Below are positions 9,214 to 18,336 of a DNA stretch of 64,000 nucleotides, piece by piece. Below the pieces are notes generated by a model. It was not told the origin of the DNA. It was given only the letters and a program-made list of their open reading frames with translations, and made no database searches. Each line of letters begins with the position of its first letter. Positions within the stretch are counted from its first letter, which is position 1. This DNA is from a virus. The DNA is taken from IMG/VR virus record IMGVR_UViG_3300037313_000833; one strand, given 5' to 3'. The position numbers and the translations under genes were made by a program.

Positions 9214-12200
9214 ATGTCTTGCGGATCAGGCGGTAAGAAAAGATATTTTTACACCGGGAATCAGGTCGGCGATCTAAATCAGGTCGGCGACTACAATTTC
9301 GTTGCCGGTGGACCTGCTGGCTCAGGACTCTCAGCTGGAACCGTACAGGGTGTTTTCTTTGCGAACACCATGACTCGCCGTCCATGGGAGCGTCAGGACG
9401 CCGTGTTCGATGACTCCCTTCTCGATGCAACCTATCCAGTCATCAACCTTCAATGGTTTGCAGAAATCGAACTCACTCCTGAAGTTGTTTTTCGCGTATC
9501 CGATCGCTCATTCTATGTCCAGGACAAGGATGGGAACAATCGTTATTACGATGCGCGCGTTCAATCCGGTCCTTCCATTCAAGTGACGACAGGTGAATGG
9601 CTTGCGAATAACTTTCAAGTCTCAAACTTCAACCTCGAGCTGAACAATCGCGATGGCTTCTTTAACCAGTACCTTCCAGGCGGAGCAAACTTCCGTCAAT
9701 GGTCGGGTGCAAAAGTCACAATCAAAATCGGATTCTCTGAGAAATACGATAACTATCTCTCAATTTTCTCAGGACAGATCACGTCAAAAGGCGGTCTATC
9801 CACGACCCGCGACACGATCAGCATTCAGGTTTACGATCGTCTTGATCCAGATGAGTCGACGTTCCCAGCGAATACCTATTCGTCTGACCAGTATCCTGAC
9901 ATCGACAGTGATTCTTCCGGAAAGTCCGTCCCTCTCGTTTATGGCGACTGGTCTGAAAACGTTCCAGCTTGGGGCTCCATTCCTGCAACGTGCGTGAACT
10001 CAGGCGAGGAAGACCCTACCGAGTACGTCTTCAAGGTTTCAGATCTCGAGCTTGAATCCATTGATTCCGTATGGCTCCATCGTGGCAACAATGCTGCTGA
10101 TAAGCCTGACGGTCCTATTCCAATCGATACGAACTGTTACGTCACAGATCTTGCACAAGGCCTATTTAAAATCCCGACAGGTACTCCAGTCTTTCAACAA
10201 CCTTTCATCCTTGTTGACCGCGGTAAGGCGGGTCCAGGCTCAGGTGTTGGGTTCATTACGTCTGACGGCTCGATCAACTTCCTCGAGCAAGGTGTCCGCG
10301 TAGGCGACCGCACCCAGCCATCCACTGAGCGCACGGCTTTCGTAACCTATGAGAACATCAAGTTCCAAGCCCAGAAGACCGGCCCGGTGCCTCGGAATGG
10401 AAGCCTTGGAAATGGAATCCGAGTTCAATACGTTCTCCTCACGCCGTACACCGACCCGAAGCTTCCGCTCGATCTCGTTGTGACCGTTTCGGGAACTGAC
10501 ATTACGGTCGGTATCCCCTCACGTGATCCAGGCACGGGACTTGTATACGGCGCCCACACTGCAAACGACATCAAAGCCGCGATCGCTGCAAACCCAGACG
10601 CCGCGGCTCTCGTTCAATGCGTGATCGTTGGAACCGTTCCTTCCGGATACCCAGCGGGAACGACAGTGGGTCAAGTTGTTCAAACCGTTCCATCCGGATG
10701 GCAAACCTTGTCCGGAGGCGTGGATGATGACGGCAACGGTATCATCACATCCGTCACAAACTTCCAGCTCACGGTTACGGGCTCAACGACCTATAACGAA
10801 GGCGACGAGTACACGATTGAGACCATTCAATATGCGTTCGTGAAAAATGACAAGTTCTCCGTCGTCTGTAAAGGAAAGCCGCTGAAGCTTCTCTCCCTCA
10901 CCCGTCTCTCAGACGTGTCAGCGGAGTTCACGGCTCCAAGAGCTGTCGCCCTGATCCGCGGGGAAGACACCTACTTCGTGTCTGACGACGCCTCAAGAAA
11001 AATTTATCAGCTCGGCTTTGATGGAGAGCTTGTCTCTTCGATCACTTACGACACGATCGATCCAGCGCTGGAACAGATCTCAGGCATGTCCTTTGGACTT
11101 GATGAGCGTCTTTGGATTACGGACCCAATCCAGTCAAAAATCTATCTCATCAACCCGGTCTCCGGTGAGGTGGGATATAGCCTCATGACTGGAACGATCA
11201 CCGGGATCAGCTCAAACCTCCCTTACCTGACTGGTATCTCCGTTCAACCGGACAATAAAATCTGGATCGCTGATAAAGATTCAACGACGATTTATCTCGT
11301 TGACGTGTTCGGCGGGATCAATCCAAACGTCGTGACGACCTTTGATTCGTCGGCGTTTGATCCTAACGCATCAGAAGTCACGGACCTCTCTTGGGATGAC
11401 ACCCGCACTGAGCTTGTGGTCGTTGACCGTGGCGCCCAGCAGATCTATAGGCTGACCGCTTCTGGCGATTACATCAGCGCTTTCTCGTACCTCGACATCG
11501 CGGATGACATCACGTACCCAGCCTCAATCGCCGCGGCTCAAGATGGAACGATTTTCCTCCTCGATGGTGATTCGGGAACGATTTACAACTGGAATGAAGC
11601 AAGTGACGCGAACACGAATCCATGCTGGATTGCGCGCGATATGCTTCAAAAGTTCAATGGTCTTAACTATTCGGACTTCGATCTGTCCTGGAACGCGACC
11701 GCGGTTCAGATGTACGGATATAAAACCCGCTGTTACATCAGCTCCTCGACAGCGCTTGTGACCTACATCAATAAGCTCCTGTCGCAATTCAACGTCGTAT
11801 TCTATGAACGCTTTCTGAAGTTCTCCCTCTTCTGGATTGAGTTCCAAAACTTCCGCACGACTGGAAAGAGAATCACGGAAGCTGACATCCAGATGGACAT
11901 GTTCAAGCCATCGAAGGAAACGAACCAATATTTCAACTCGATGACCGCAACCTTCGGTAAAGATGAGTTCACGGGTAAGTCCCAGACCTCGGACACGTAC
12001 ATCTCCCCATCAGGCGTTTCGTTCGCAGGTGAAGAGATCAACCGTAAGTTCGACATGCCAAACGTCTATCGTCGCGATGAGCTTGATAAACTCGTCCCAC
12101 TCCTGATCCGTCTATCGGTTCCTGAGCCTGAGTTTATTGACGTGACGTTCGGATTCCGCGTGATCCGCTCTCAGATCCACGACTTCATCAACATCGATTT

Positions 12201-12900
12201 CGATCAGGACTTCAATTATCGCACCCTTCGTTTTGAAGGCGGGAAGCGCTTTAAGAACGTTCCATCCATGGTTCGTCAGATCCGTTACAACCTGTCCACG
12301 ATGACGGTCCAGATGAAGCTGTGGTCGCTTGGAACAACTCCATTCGGTGCCTATGACCCAGTCGGAAACCACGTCGGCGGAGAAAATGACCCTGTCGTTT
12401 TGACCAGCGTTGGACGCCTTGGACGTTTCAGTCCTACCGGAATCATCACCGGGGTCGGCTCCAATTATGTCGACATCCAGGATCAGGACGCGATGAACGC
12501 TGAAAACCTTGAGACGGATGCCGCGGGCCTTGCCTACCAGCCCGGATTCAAGCTTGCCGTGATCGATCCGGTGACTCAGGCTCAGATCCAGCTCCTCACG
12601 ATCGACAGCGTCTCAGGCTCTCGGATCACGTTCGAAGAGACCTTGGACCCAGCTGTCGTCGCAACGGTCATCGGCGGATCAGGCTTCCCTGAAGGCGGGA
12701 CTTACCTCGAGTACGCAAAATATACGGACGCTGTCCAAGCTCAGCGCAACGTGTTCGGTTTCATTACCCGTCCGACAACCTCGTACCCAATCTCCAAAAC
12801 GCAGGAGCTTGAAGAGCAACGCGGCGGACTCCACTCGTTTGACGACGGCGGAAAACCTTACGTGTTCTATCCAGAAGGGTTCACCTACGTCGGGGAGTGA
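9214..12900 (+). CDS. large tail/baseplate-type protein (1228 aa) with one fibre-type repeat and an NHL-like beta-propeller
   Basis: Long ORF inside the tail module. It has five repeats of the type xKIYLINPVSGEV / TTIYLVDVFGG / QQIYRLTASGDY, plus LVVTVSGTDITVGI...ANDIKAAIAANPDAAALV resembling the fibre 1 repeats. Confidence 0.85.
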   Translation: MSCGSGGKKRYFYTGNQVGDLNQVGDYNFVAGGPAGSGLSAGTVQGVFFANTMTRRPWERQDAVFDDSLLDATYPVINLQWFAEIELTPEVVFRVSDRSFYVQDKDGNNRYYDARVQSGPSIQVTTGEWLANNFQVSNFNLELNNRDGFFNQYLPGGANFRQWSGAKVTIKIGFSEKYDNYLSIFSGQITSKGGLSTTRDTISIQVYDRLDPDESTFPANTYSSDQYPDIDSDSSGKSVPLVYGDWSENVPAWGSIPATCVNSGEEDPTEYVFKVSDLELESIDSVWLHRGNNAADKPDGPIPIDTNCYVTDLAQGLFKIPTGTPVFQQPFILVDRGKAGPGSGVGFITSDGSINFLEQGVRVGDRTQPSTERTAFVTYENIKFQAQKTGPVPRNGSLGNGIRVQYVLLTPYTDPKLPLDLVVTVSGTDITVGIPSRDPGTGLVYGAHTANDIKAAIAANPDAAALVQCVIVGTVPSGYPAGTTVGQVVQTVPSGWQTLSGGVDDDGNGIITSVTNFQLTVTGSTTYNEGDEYTIETIQYAFVKNDKFSVVCKGKPLKLLSLTRLSDVSAEFTAPRAVALIRGEDTYFVSDDASRKIYQLGFDGELVSSITYDTIDPALEQISGMSFGLDERLWITDPIQSKIYLINPVSGEVGYSLMTGTITGISSNLPYLTGISVQPDNKIWIADKDSTTIYLVDVFGGINPNVVTTFDSSAFDPNASEVTDLSWDDTRTELVVVDRGAQQIYRLTASGDYISAFSYLDIADDITYPASIAAAQDGTIFLLDGDSGTIYNWNEASDANTNPCWIARDMLQKFNGLNYSDFDLSWNATAVQMYGYKTRCYISSSTALVTYINKLLSQFNVVFYERFLKFSLFWIEFQNFRTTGKRITEADIQMDMFKPSKETNQYFNSMTATFGKDEFTGKSQTSDTYISPSGVSFAGEEINRKFDMPNVYRRDELDKLVPLLIRLSVPEPEFIDVTFGFRVIRSQIHDFINIDFDQDFNYRTLRFEGGKRFKNVPSMVRQIRYNLSTMTVQMKLWSLGTTPFGAYDPVGNHVGGENDPVVLTSVGRLGRFSPTGIITGVGSNYVDIQDQDAMNAENLETDAAGLAYQPGFKLAVIDPVTQAQIQLLTIDSVSGSRITFEETLDPAVVATVIGGSGFPEGGTYLEYAKYTDAVQAQRNVFGFITRPTTSYPISKTQELEEQRGGLHSFDDGGKPYVFYPEGFTYVGE

Positions 12901-12912
12901 GTATAAAAGAGT

Positions 12913-13431
12913 ATGGGCGTCACAACTCCAAAAACAGTAAAAAAGTTTCGAGACCTGGAAGCCGACTTCGGAACCTCTCAGGCTCAGGCGCTTTTCCAGA
13001 AAGCCGCTCAGACTGTCAATTATATCAACGCATGCGTCCCGGTCGGAAAAATCCTGCTTTTTCATGCCACGCAAGACAATCTCCCTGAAGGCATCGATAC
13101 CCGGTACTGGCAAAAAATGGACGGCTCAGCCGTTACAAACCCTTTGTCTCCCCTGTTCGGACAAACCCTCCCAGACCTCCGCAAACGGTTCTGGCGCCAT
13201 CCAACGACGGGCGAGACGGTCCACACCTTGGGCGGAGCGAATACGATCGATCTGACCCATAACCATGGCGGATACACGGGATATACGGACGACCGTGACG
13301 ACTTTCAGATGGATAACGGGGAAGAAAAACACGAAGCAAACGTTCATCGCCATTCCATTGCAAACGGTTCCGGTGTCGTTTCCACGATCCCGCAATACCG
13401 TGAACTTCAAGTCTGGGTGAGGATCGTATGA
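12913..13431 (+). CDS. tail-collar-domain fibre protein, paralogue 1
   Basis: VPVGKILLF...W..MDGS...SPLFGQTLPDLRKRF...GGANTIDLTHNHGG matches the phage tail collar pattern (G.I..F...W..CDG...LPDLRGR...H.H). Confidence 0.8.
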   Translation: MGVTTPKTVKKFRDLEADFGTSQAQALFQKAAQTVNYINACVPVGKILLFHATQDNLPEGIDTRYWQKMDGSAVTNPLSPLFGQTLPDLRKRFWRHPTTGETVHTLGGANTIDLTHNHGGYTGYTDDRDDFQMDNGEEKHEANVHRHSIANGSGVVSTIPQYRELQVWVRIV

Positions 13432-13928
13432 GCTTTGTACCTCTTGACGACAACTTAGATCAATACGGCGGGATCATCTCGGTTGAGTTCTTCTCAACCC
13501 TGACGGCAAACCTGAACTATCTGATGGAATCTGTTCCAGTCGGCGAGATCAGCCCTTTTTTCATCATCGATGGTGTAAACGAACCAGATCCACGCTTTTG
13601 GCAAGAATGTGACGGATCTCCGATCGTCGATCAGACTTCCCCACTCCGCGGCTATAACGCTCCTGACATGACTCAGAACGGCGGCCTCTATCTCAAAGGC
13701 GCTGACATTCTCCCGAATGCTGGTCAAGTCGCAGGTGCGAACACGAAAAACCTAGCCCACTCCCACGGCGGCAACACCCAGAACTTCCACATCAACAACG
13801 ATGCCGATACCGATGACGACCGTTGGAGCGCGCAAAACGATCACAGCCACACGATCTCCACAGATCTTGGGGTAACGAACTTTGAACCTGAGCGCGTGCT
13901 CTTGAGACATTTTATCAAGATCAATTGA
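13428..13928 (+). CDS. tail-collar-domain fibre protein, paralogue 2
   Basis: VPVGEISPFF...WQECDGSPI...SPLRGYNAPDM...NLAHSHGG. ATGA overlap with the previous gene. Confidence 0.8.
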   Translation: MSFVPLDDNLDQYGGIISVEFFSTLTANLNYLMESVPVGEISPFFIIDGVNEPDPRFWQECDGSPIVDQTSPLRGYNAPDMTQNGGLYLKGADILPNAGQVAGANTKNLAHSHGGNTQNFHINNDADTDDDRWSAQNDHSHTISTDLGVTNFEPERVLLRHFIKIN

Positions 13929-13934
13929 GGATTT

Positions 13935-14465
13935 ATGGCTGTCACCTATCCAAACAAACTCCCAATTCTGAACGACGAAGAGTACTCCCTCGAGCGCCCG
14001 GTATCAACTCAGGCCGCGCTCAAGCTCATTCGCGCATGCAACATGATGCAAAAGCTTGTTCCAATCGGCGAGCTTAAGGCCATGGCTGTCAATAACCAAG
14101 GTGTAAAGGCACCGAACGGAGATCTCTTTCAGTATTGCGACGGCGGAGAAATCACGAACGGGCTCTCCCCACTCAGGTCCACCGGACTGACTCAGCGCTA
14201 TACTCCTGACATGAAGGATCGTTTCCCTCGAGGTGCCGACGCAAGTACGGTTCTCGGAAGTGAGGCGGGAGGAAACGCAACCGTTGATCTCTCCCACACC
14301 CACACGACCGGAACGAATGAACCTCTCCGCGGGTCCGATGGAGAAGAGGGCGATGAACAAGCTCCCGGTGTCGATCATAATCACGGAGTGAATTCTGATC
14401 TCTCGAGTACCGAACCTTTGAATCCAGCCCATCTCAAAGTCGTTTATTACATGAAAGTGAGCTAA
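13935..14465 (+). CDS. tail-collar-domain fibre protein, paralogue 3
   Basis: VPIGELKAM...FQYCDGGEI...SPLRS...TPDMKDRFPRG...VDLSHTHT. Confidence 0.8.
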   Translation: MAVTYPNKLPILNDEEYSLERPVSTQAALKLIRACNMMQKLVPIGELKAMAVNNQGVKAPNGDLFQYCDGGEITNGLSPLRSTGLTQRYTPDMKDRFPRGADASTVLGSEAGGNATVDLSHTHTTGTNEPLRGSDGEEGDEQAPGVDHNHGVNSDLSSTEPLNPAHLKVVYYMKVS

Positions 14466-14467
14466 GT

Positions 14468-14902
14468 ATGGCAAAGCATCTCAACAATGGAAAATGTCCA
14501 GCCTGTCAGGAATTCTTAACCCGCGCTCGCCCTGAGCTTAAAGCTTGGTTTGAACCAGAACAAACGGCTGACCCTACGCTGCACATCTCTTGCTCGACTC
14601 GAGGGAAGGTTGATCAGGAAAATGACTTTGCGAATAAAAAATCTAAGGCGCATTACGGCGAGAGTCCGCATAACTATTACCCCTCCTGGGCTATTGATTT
14701 ATTTTTTATAATCAATGGTAACGCATCCTGGGTGATGAGTAAATACCAAGCTCTCGCATCACGCATTCCAGCGTGGATTACTTGGGGTGCTGACTGGAAT
14801 CACAATGGACGAACCGATGATGAGAAGTTCAAAGACGGTCCACATTTTGAAGTAACGAACTGGAAGCGCCTTGAGATGCGTTACCCGAAAGGCTCAGTTT
14901 AA
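14468..14902 (+). CDS. peptidoglycan peptidase, M15 family (L-alanyl-D-glutamate / D-Ala-D-Ala peptidase type lysin)
   Basis: SKAHYGESPHNYYPSWAIDLF...WGADWNHNG...FKDGPHFEV, i.e. the H..D...WGGDW...D.PHFE arrangement typical of phage M15 lysins. Confidence 0.75.
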   Translation: MAKHLNNGKCPACQEFLTRARPELKAWFEPEQTADPTLHISCSTRGKVDQENDFANKKSKAHYGESPHNYYPSWAIDLFFIINGNASWVMSKYQALASRIPAWITWGADWNHNGRTDDEKFKDGPHFEVTNWKRLEMRYPKGSV

Positions 14903-15137
14903 TCACTAGCCCGATCATCGTAACAATGATCAAAAACATAATCCCACACCATGCGACCTTGATGGTATCGAAGACTGGTTTCAACTGACTCTCCGGAATC
15001 AGTCTTCGTCCTCCACTCGGATACTCTACAATCGCCCAACGCTCCGACGCCATATAACGAAACCCGCGGATGACACCCACGGGCTGTTTCGTCTTTCCCC
15101 ATTTCAGTCGGACACAGTCGAGGGCTTTAAACTTCAT
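14829..15137 (-). CDS. small protein with a C-terminal transmembrane segment
   Basis: ATGA-coupled to the helicase gene stop. Hydrophobic VAWCGIMFLIIVTMIGLVI. The 3' end overlaps the convergent M15 gene by 74 nt. Confidence 0.5.
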   Translation of the reverse strand: MKFKALDCVRLKWGKTKQPVGVIRGFRYMASERWAIVEYPSGGRRLIPESQLKPVFDTIKVAWCGIMFLIIVTMIGLVIKLSLSGNASQGASSSLLQNVDRL

Positions 15138-16510
15138 AATTCAAGCTTTGCTGGAACGATTCCGTATTCTTCTTTTAGGTACTTCACTTGAGCTTTGAAA
15201 TGCTCCAAGGTCCATTTATGGGACGGATCGCGGAACAGGATGAGAACCCCACGCTCTTTCGTCGGATGAAGCCTGAAGAGGCGTCCCACGTTTTGCATGA
15301 ACTGGTTCTTTGACTTTCCTCCACCTGCAAGGACACAGTATTCGGTCGGGCGCGTATCGATACCCTCACCGATGACTGAAGTTCCCATCAGAACTTCTTC
15401 GATCCGTTCATTGAAAGCTGAAATTAAACTCTCATTGTTGTCGTTCTCACCCTTTGCGAAGGGGACGCGCACGCCGCGCTTCTGAAGCTCGAACTCAATT
15501 TTCAATCCATGCTCGACTTGCTTCAATAAAACGAGAGTCGACTTGTTACCGTTTTTGAGATTTTCGATCAGATCGCAGATGATCTGGTTACGATCTGCGC
15601 GATCGACGACAAGTTCTTTGTAAACCGAATGCCATTTCTCGCCCGAACATTTAAGCTTAACCGCGGGGAGATCAATGTAAAAGGCGTCGAATGGACAGAC
15701 GTACCCTTTGTCGAGAGCCGTCTTGTATGGAATCTGATAAATGACTTTTGAGAGCACCGACTCGAGAAGGAGGCGCTCTTCGGACTTTGAGCGGAACGGC
15801 GTCGCGGTGAGCCCGAATTTAAAATAAACGTCCTTCCAGGCTTTCATATTCAGCTCGCGGTAAGACTTCGCGCCTGAGTGATGGAACTCATCGATCAAAA
15901 CGAGATCGATTCCAGGGACCGGACACTTCGGATCAAGCTGGTCAATGTTCTCAACCGTGAATAAATGCCTCGCGCGTCCGCGGTAAAGAGGGCCGACCAT
16001 CTCATCTCCGAAAACCTTTTTCAGATCCTCGGTGAGCTGCTTCTTCAGGCCCAAGCTTGGAACGACGATCATGGATCTAACCTGAAAGCGATCCAGGATT
16101 AGGGCGGCTATTAAGCTCTTACCGCACCCGGTAGGCGCAACGACGATCCCGCGGCTCTCTTGGAATGCGACTTCTGGCGCTTCGGCTTGCTCAGGACGGG
16201 GAGTTTTGTCCAAACCGACCATCAGTGACCCGGCACCTTCCGCGCGCGTCTTAGGCCGAATGCGCGTGTCCTGGACGGTATATTCAATCCCATTGGACTT
16301 TAGGGTCTCCTCGACAAGATAAAGAAGCCCTGTCGGAAAGTTCCCGCTCTTATCGATCAGGTATTTCCGGACGGAGCCGAATCCAGAAAATCGAGAACGC
16401 GTCGTCTCGGTATAAGACAACGCGTTTCGAAGAAGTTTAAACTGCTCAGTTAGGAACCCCACGACTGTACTCGAGGAGTTCCCGATTCTTATCGTTAGTT
16501 GAGAGCCCAA
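15134..16510 (-). CDS. superfamily 2 DEAD/DEAH-type DNA helicase (UvsW-like architecture)
   Basis: APTGCGKS (Walker A), DEFHH (motif II), LTATP, GEGIDT, QNVGRLFR. No ATG is available. TTG at 16510 has GGAGCGGAGG 9 nt upstream; the track's alternative TTG at 16576 lacks an SD. Confidence 0.85.
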   Translation of the reverse strand: MGSQLTIRIGNSSSTVVGFLTEQFKLLRNALSYTETTRSRFSGFGSVRKYLIDKSGNFPTGLLYLVEETLKSNGIEYTVQDTRIRPKTRAEGAGSLMVGLDKTPRPEQAEAPEVAFQESRGIVVAPTGCGKSLIAALILDRFQVRSMIVVPSLGLKKQLTEDLKKVFGDEMVGPLYRGRARHLFTVENIDQLDPKCPVPGIDLVLIDEFHHSGAKSYRELNMKAWKDVYFKFGLTATPFRSKSEERLLLESVLSKVIYQIPYKTALDKGYVCPFDAFYIDLPAVKLKCSGEKWHSVYKELVVDRADRNQIICDLIENLKNGNKSTLVLLKQVEHGLKIEFELQKRGVRVPFAKGENDNNESLISAFNERIEEVLMGTSVIGEGIDTRPTEYCVLAGGGKSKNQFMQNVGRLFRLHPTKERGVLILFRDPSHKWTLEHFKAQVKYLKEEYGIVPAKLEL

Positions 16511-17040
16511 GACTGAGAACCTCCGCTCCACGATATAGTTCGGATGCCGTTGGAGGTTCCCACAGAGAAAACGCAATTCGTTCCGTCTGTCGTCGTGTAC
16601 CCAACGCCGTCAAAGATTTCCGAGAGACGGGTGTTCTTTCCATTCTTGTCGTCAGAGAAGCTCGCAATGAGGCTTCCGTCCGCGAGACGCAGAAAAATTT
16701 CATCTTGAGAGCTTTGGTTTCCGCAAGGATTGACGATCCCCATGATCGCGTAGGCGGTTTGAACTGGGACGCCGTCTTTTCCGTTCTGTCCCGGAGCGCC
16801 ATTCGAAATCAATACCGCACCATTCGCGCAAGTGATTAAGGCTCCGCCGTAAGGTAATACCGCATCGCCCGGAAGAATAATTTGTTGTGTGCATCCGACG
16901 CCGTCGTTCCCAGCAGTGCCGACAGGGCCTTGCGGACCTGCTGGACCCTGTGGGCCCGGAACCTGTTCAACTTTGCCGCATCCAGCGAGGATGCATGCCA
17001 TAATAATACAAATGACTGCTTTCAACATACGTTCAACCAT
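16495..17040 (-). CDS. lipoprotein with collagen-like G-X-Y repeats
   Basis: Signal peptide with lipobox ILAGC. GPQGPAGPQGPVGTAGNDG and GAPGQNGKDG runs. AAGGAG lies 8 nt upstream of the ATG. Confidence 0.8.
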   Translation of the reverse strand: MVERMLKAVICIIMACILAGCGKVEQVPGPQGPAGPQGPVGTAGNDGVGCTQQIILPGDAVLPYGGALITCANGAVLISNGAPGQNGKDGVPVQTAYAIMGIVNPCGNQSSQDEIFLRLADGSLIASFSDDKNGKNTRLSEIFDGVGYTTTDGTNCVFSVGTSNGIRTISWSGGSQSWALN

Positions 17041-17052
17041 TGTGGGACTCCT

Positions 17053-17523
17053 TCATTGAAAAAGCGAGCCCCTTGTGGGGCGCGCATGATAAATAGTCCA
17101 CCTCAACTCAACTGCGTCCTCGACCGGGAAAGGACGGCTCTCGTACTGCGAGCGGTCTAGTACATGTTGGGAGTGATGCCAGTACCCGATACTGATCTCG
17201 GGTGTGACTCTCACGCCTAGATTCAACTGGAGTCCGACTGCGCGGTATTGCGCGCCCGTCGTAAGGCTCTCAACCGTTGAATCAAAATAACCTGCTTTGA
17301 AGAGATCGATGTTCGTTTGAAGGTTCAAGGCCTCTTTCGCGGACTCCGGATAAATCAGGAGGGGCCTATTGTTCTCATTGAGCCACGCATAGTTTCTGTA
17401 AGTCAGGGTCAGCTCATCAAGCTTTACCACATCCGCTTTCGCGTAGTGAGCTATGAGGATCGAAGCAAGTCCGATCAGTGCGCAGATCAAAGAGGCCCTT
17501 TTATGCTTTGCGTCAACCTTCAT
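17053..17523 (-). CDS. secreted, beta-strand-rich (outer-membrane-like) protein
   Basis: N-terminal signal peptide ...LIAHYAKA/DV. Alternating hydrophobic pattern LQLNLGVRVTPEISIGYW. C-terminus ...GSLFQ. Confidence 0.7.
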   Translation of the reverse strand: MKVDAKHKRASLICALIGLASILIAHYAKADVVKLDELTLTYRNYAWLNENNRPLLIYPESAKEALNLQTNIDLFKAGYFDSTVESLTTGAQYRAVGLQLNLGVRVTPEISIGYWHHSQHVLDRSQYESRPFPVEDAVELRWTIYHARPTRGSLFQ

Positions 17524-17540
17524 ATTTTCAGCCTACACGT

Positions 17541-17556
17541 GCGGTAAGCCTTAACG
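17541..17556 (+). promoter_or_regulatory. GCGGTAAGCCTTAACG element facing into the ORF-poor region
   Basis: Exact consensus copy, 18 nt past the start of the divergent gene at 17523. Confidence 0.5.
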
Positions 17557-17585
17557 CAAGTATTTTTTAACTCACTGTGTCAATT

Positions 17586-17598
17586 ATTTCTTACCGCC
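17586..17598 (-). promoter_or_regulatory. GGCGGTAAGAAATAA element on the minus strand, upstream of the minus-strand cassette
   Basis: The reverse complement reads GGCGGTAAGAAATAA, matching 18277-18290 on the + strand. It lies about 65-75 nt upstream of ATG 17523. Confidence 0.45.
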
Positions 17599-18069
17599 TC
17601 TCAAGGCAAGCCTTCGGCATTGAGGCTTTGCCAGCCTCTCACCGGGACACATTATTAAAGTTTTGAACGTAAAATCTTAAGAAGAGATTTTTAGTTAAAA
17701 CTTAAGGCCGAATATAATTGGGCCCTTCTGACTGATTTAGTCAGATAATGTGCGGTTGCGTTTTGCGACGGTAGGATCTTTGTCATCTCTGTCTGGACAT
17801 CACCACACGGAATCCATCCGATTAGGCTTTGTCTCCCGGTGCTTCCGACACCGTGCTGTTCGACGCGAGAGAACCCGATGAAAGAACTCGCTTGTCGAGA
17901 TGACCGATCATTCCCGCGAATACTCGTCAAGTGAAAAGTGAAACCGTCCAGGGTATGAAGACTCGGGTCTCCATAGCCATCCCTGCTCTCCCTCAAGCCT
18001 GTTTCAATCGAGTTGAGAGGTTCAACGGTTTCTGACAAGGGCTCCCGCATACGCTTTAGCAGTATCCCC

Positions 18070-18115
18070 GGACCCCATGGCTTTAGAGCTTGTGACTCTT
18101 GGGGGTCCATTTTTT
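18070..18115 (+). terminator. intrinsic terminator
   Basis: GGACCCC (18070-76) pairs with GGGGTCC (18102-08). An inner AGAG/CTCT helix is present. T6 run at 18110-15. Confidence 0.6.
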
Positions 18116-18219
18116 CACTCACCTGAGAGACCTTTTTTCGGGACAAAAGTATCCCGGCGCACCCTGGGCGCGCGCCATCTAACGCATGGTCTACTGATTC
18201 GATGGAGAGGACTAACCTC

Positions 18220-18336
18220 ATGATGCATGAAAGTGTGCGCGCAATAAAGCGTACCGTCAATAAAAATTCTCCCGGTGCGGTAAGAAATACCGACAAAATA
18301 GTTGTTGCAGCTTCTCGGACACTGTGTCAGCATTGA
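18220..18336 (+). CDS. possible 38-aa basic peptide
   Basis: GGAGAGG lies 10 nt upstream of ATGATG. The ORF runs through the 18277 motif copy and is below the track's size cutoff. Confidence 0.25.
   Translation: MMHESVRAIKRTVNKNSPGAVRNTDKIVVAASRTLCQH
18277..18290 (+). promoter_or_regulatory. GCGGTAAGAAATAC element upstream of the 18376 operon
   Basis: TCTCCCGGTGCGGTAAG (18267-83) is identical to 50226-42. Confidence 0.45.

Larger units (their letters stand above)
17557..18115 (+). ncRNA. candidate ~560-nt non-coding transcript (unclassified)
   Basis: Bounded by the consensus element at 17541 and an intrinsic terminator at 18070-18115. There is no SD-preceded + strand ORF. Local hairpins: 17658-17702 nested, 17729-17745, 17836-17853. 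Confidence 0.3.

Noticed and set aside
17691-18296. 201-aa minus-strand ORF filling the ORF-poor region
   Set aside because: It starts with TTG and has no SD. Its composition is rich in S/R/G/L, unlike the K/E/D-rich phage proteins. It runs through a + strand hairpin plus T6 terminator and through a motif copy. An ORF of this length can arise by chance in 50% GC DNA. I kept it only as an alternative hypothesis in the finding.
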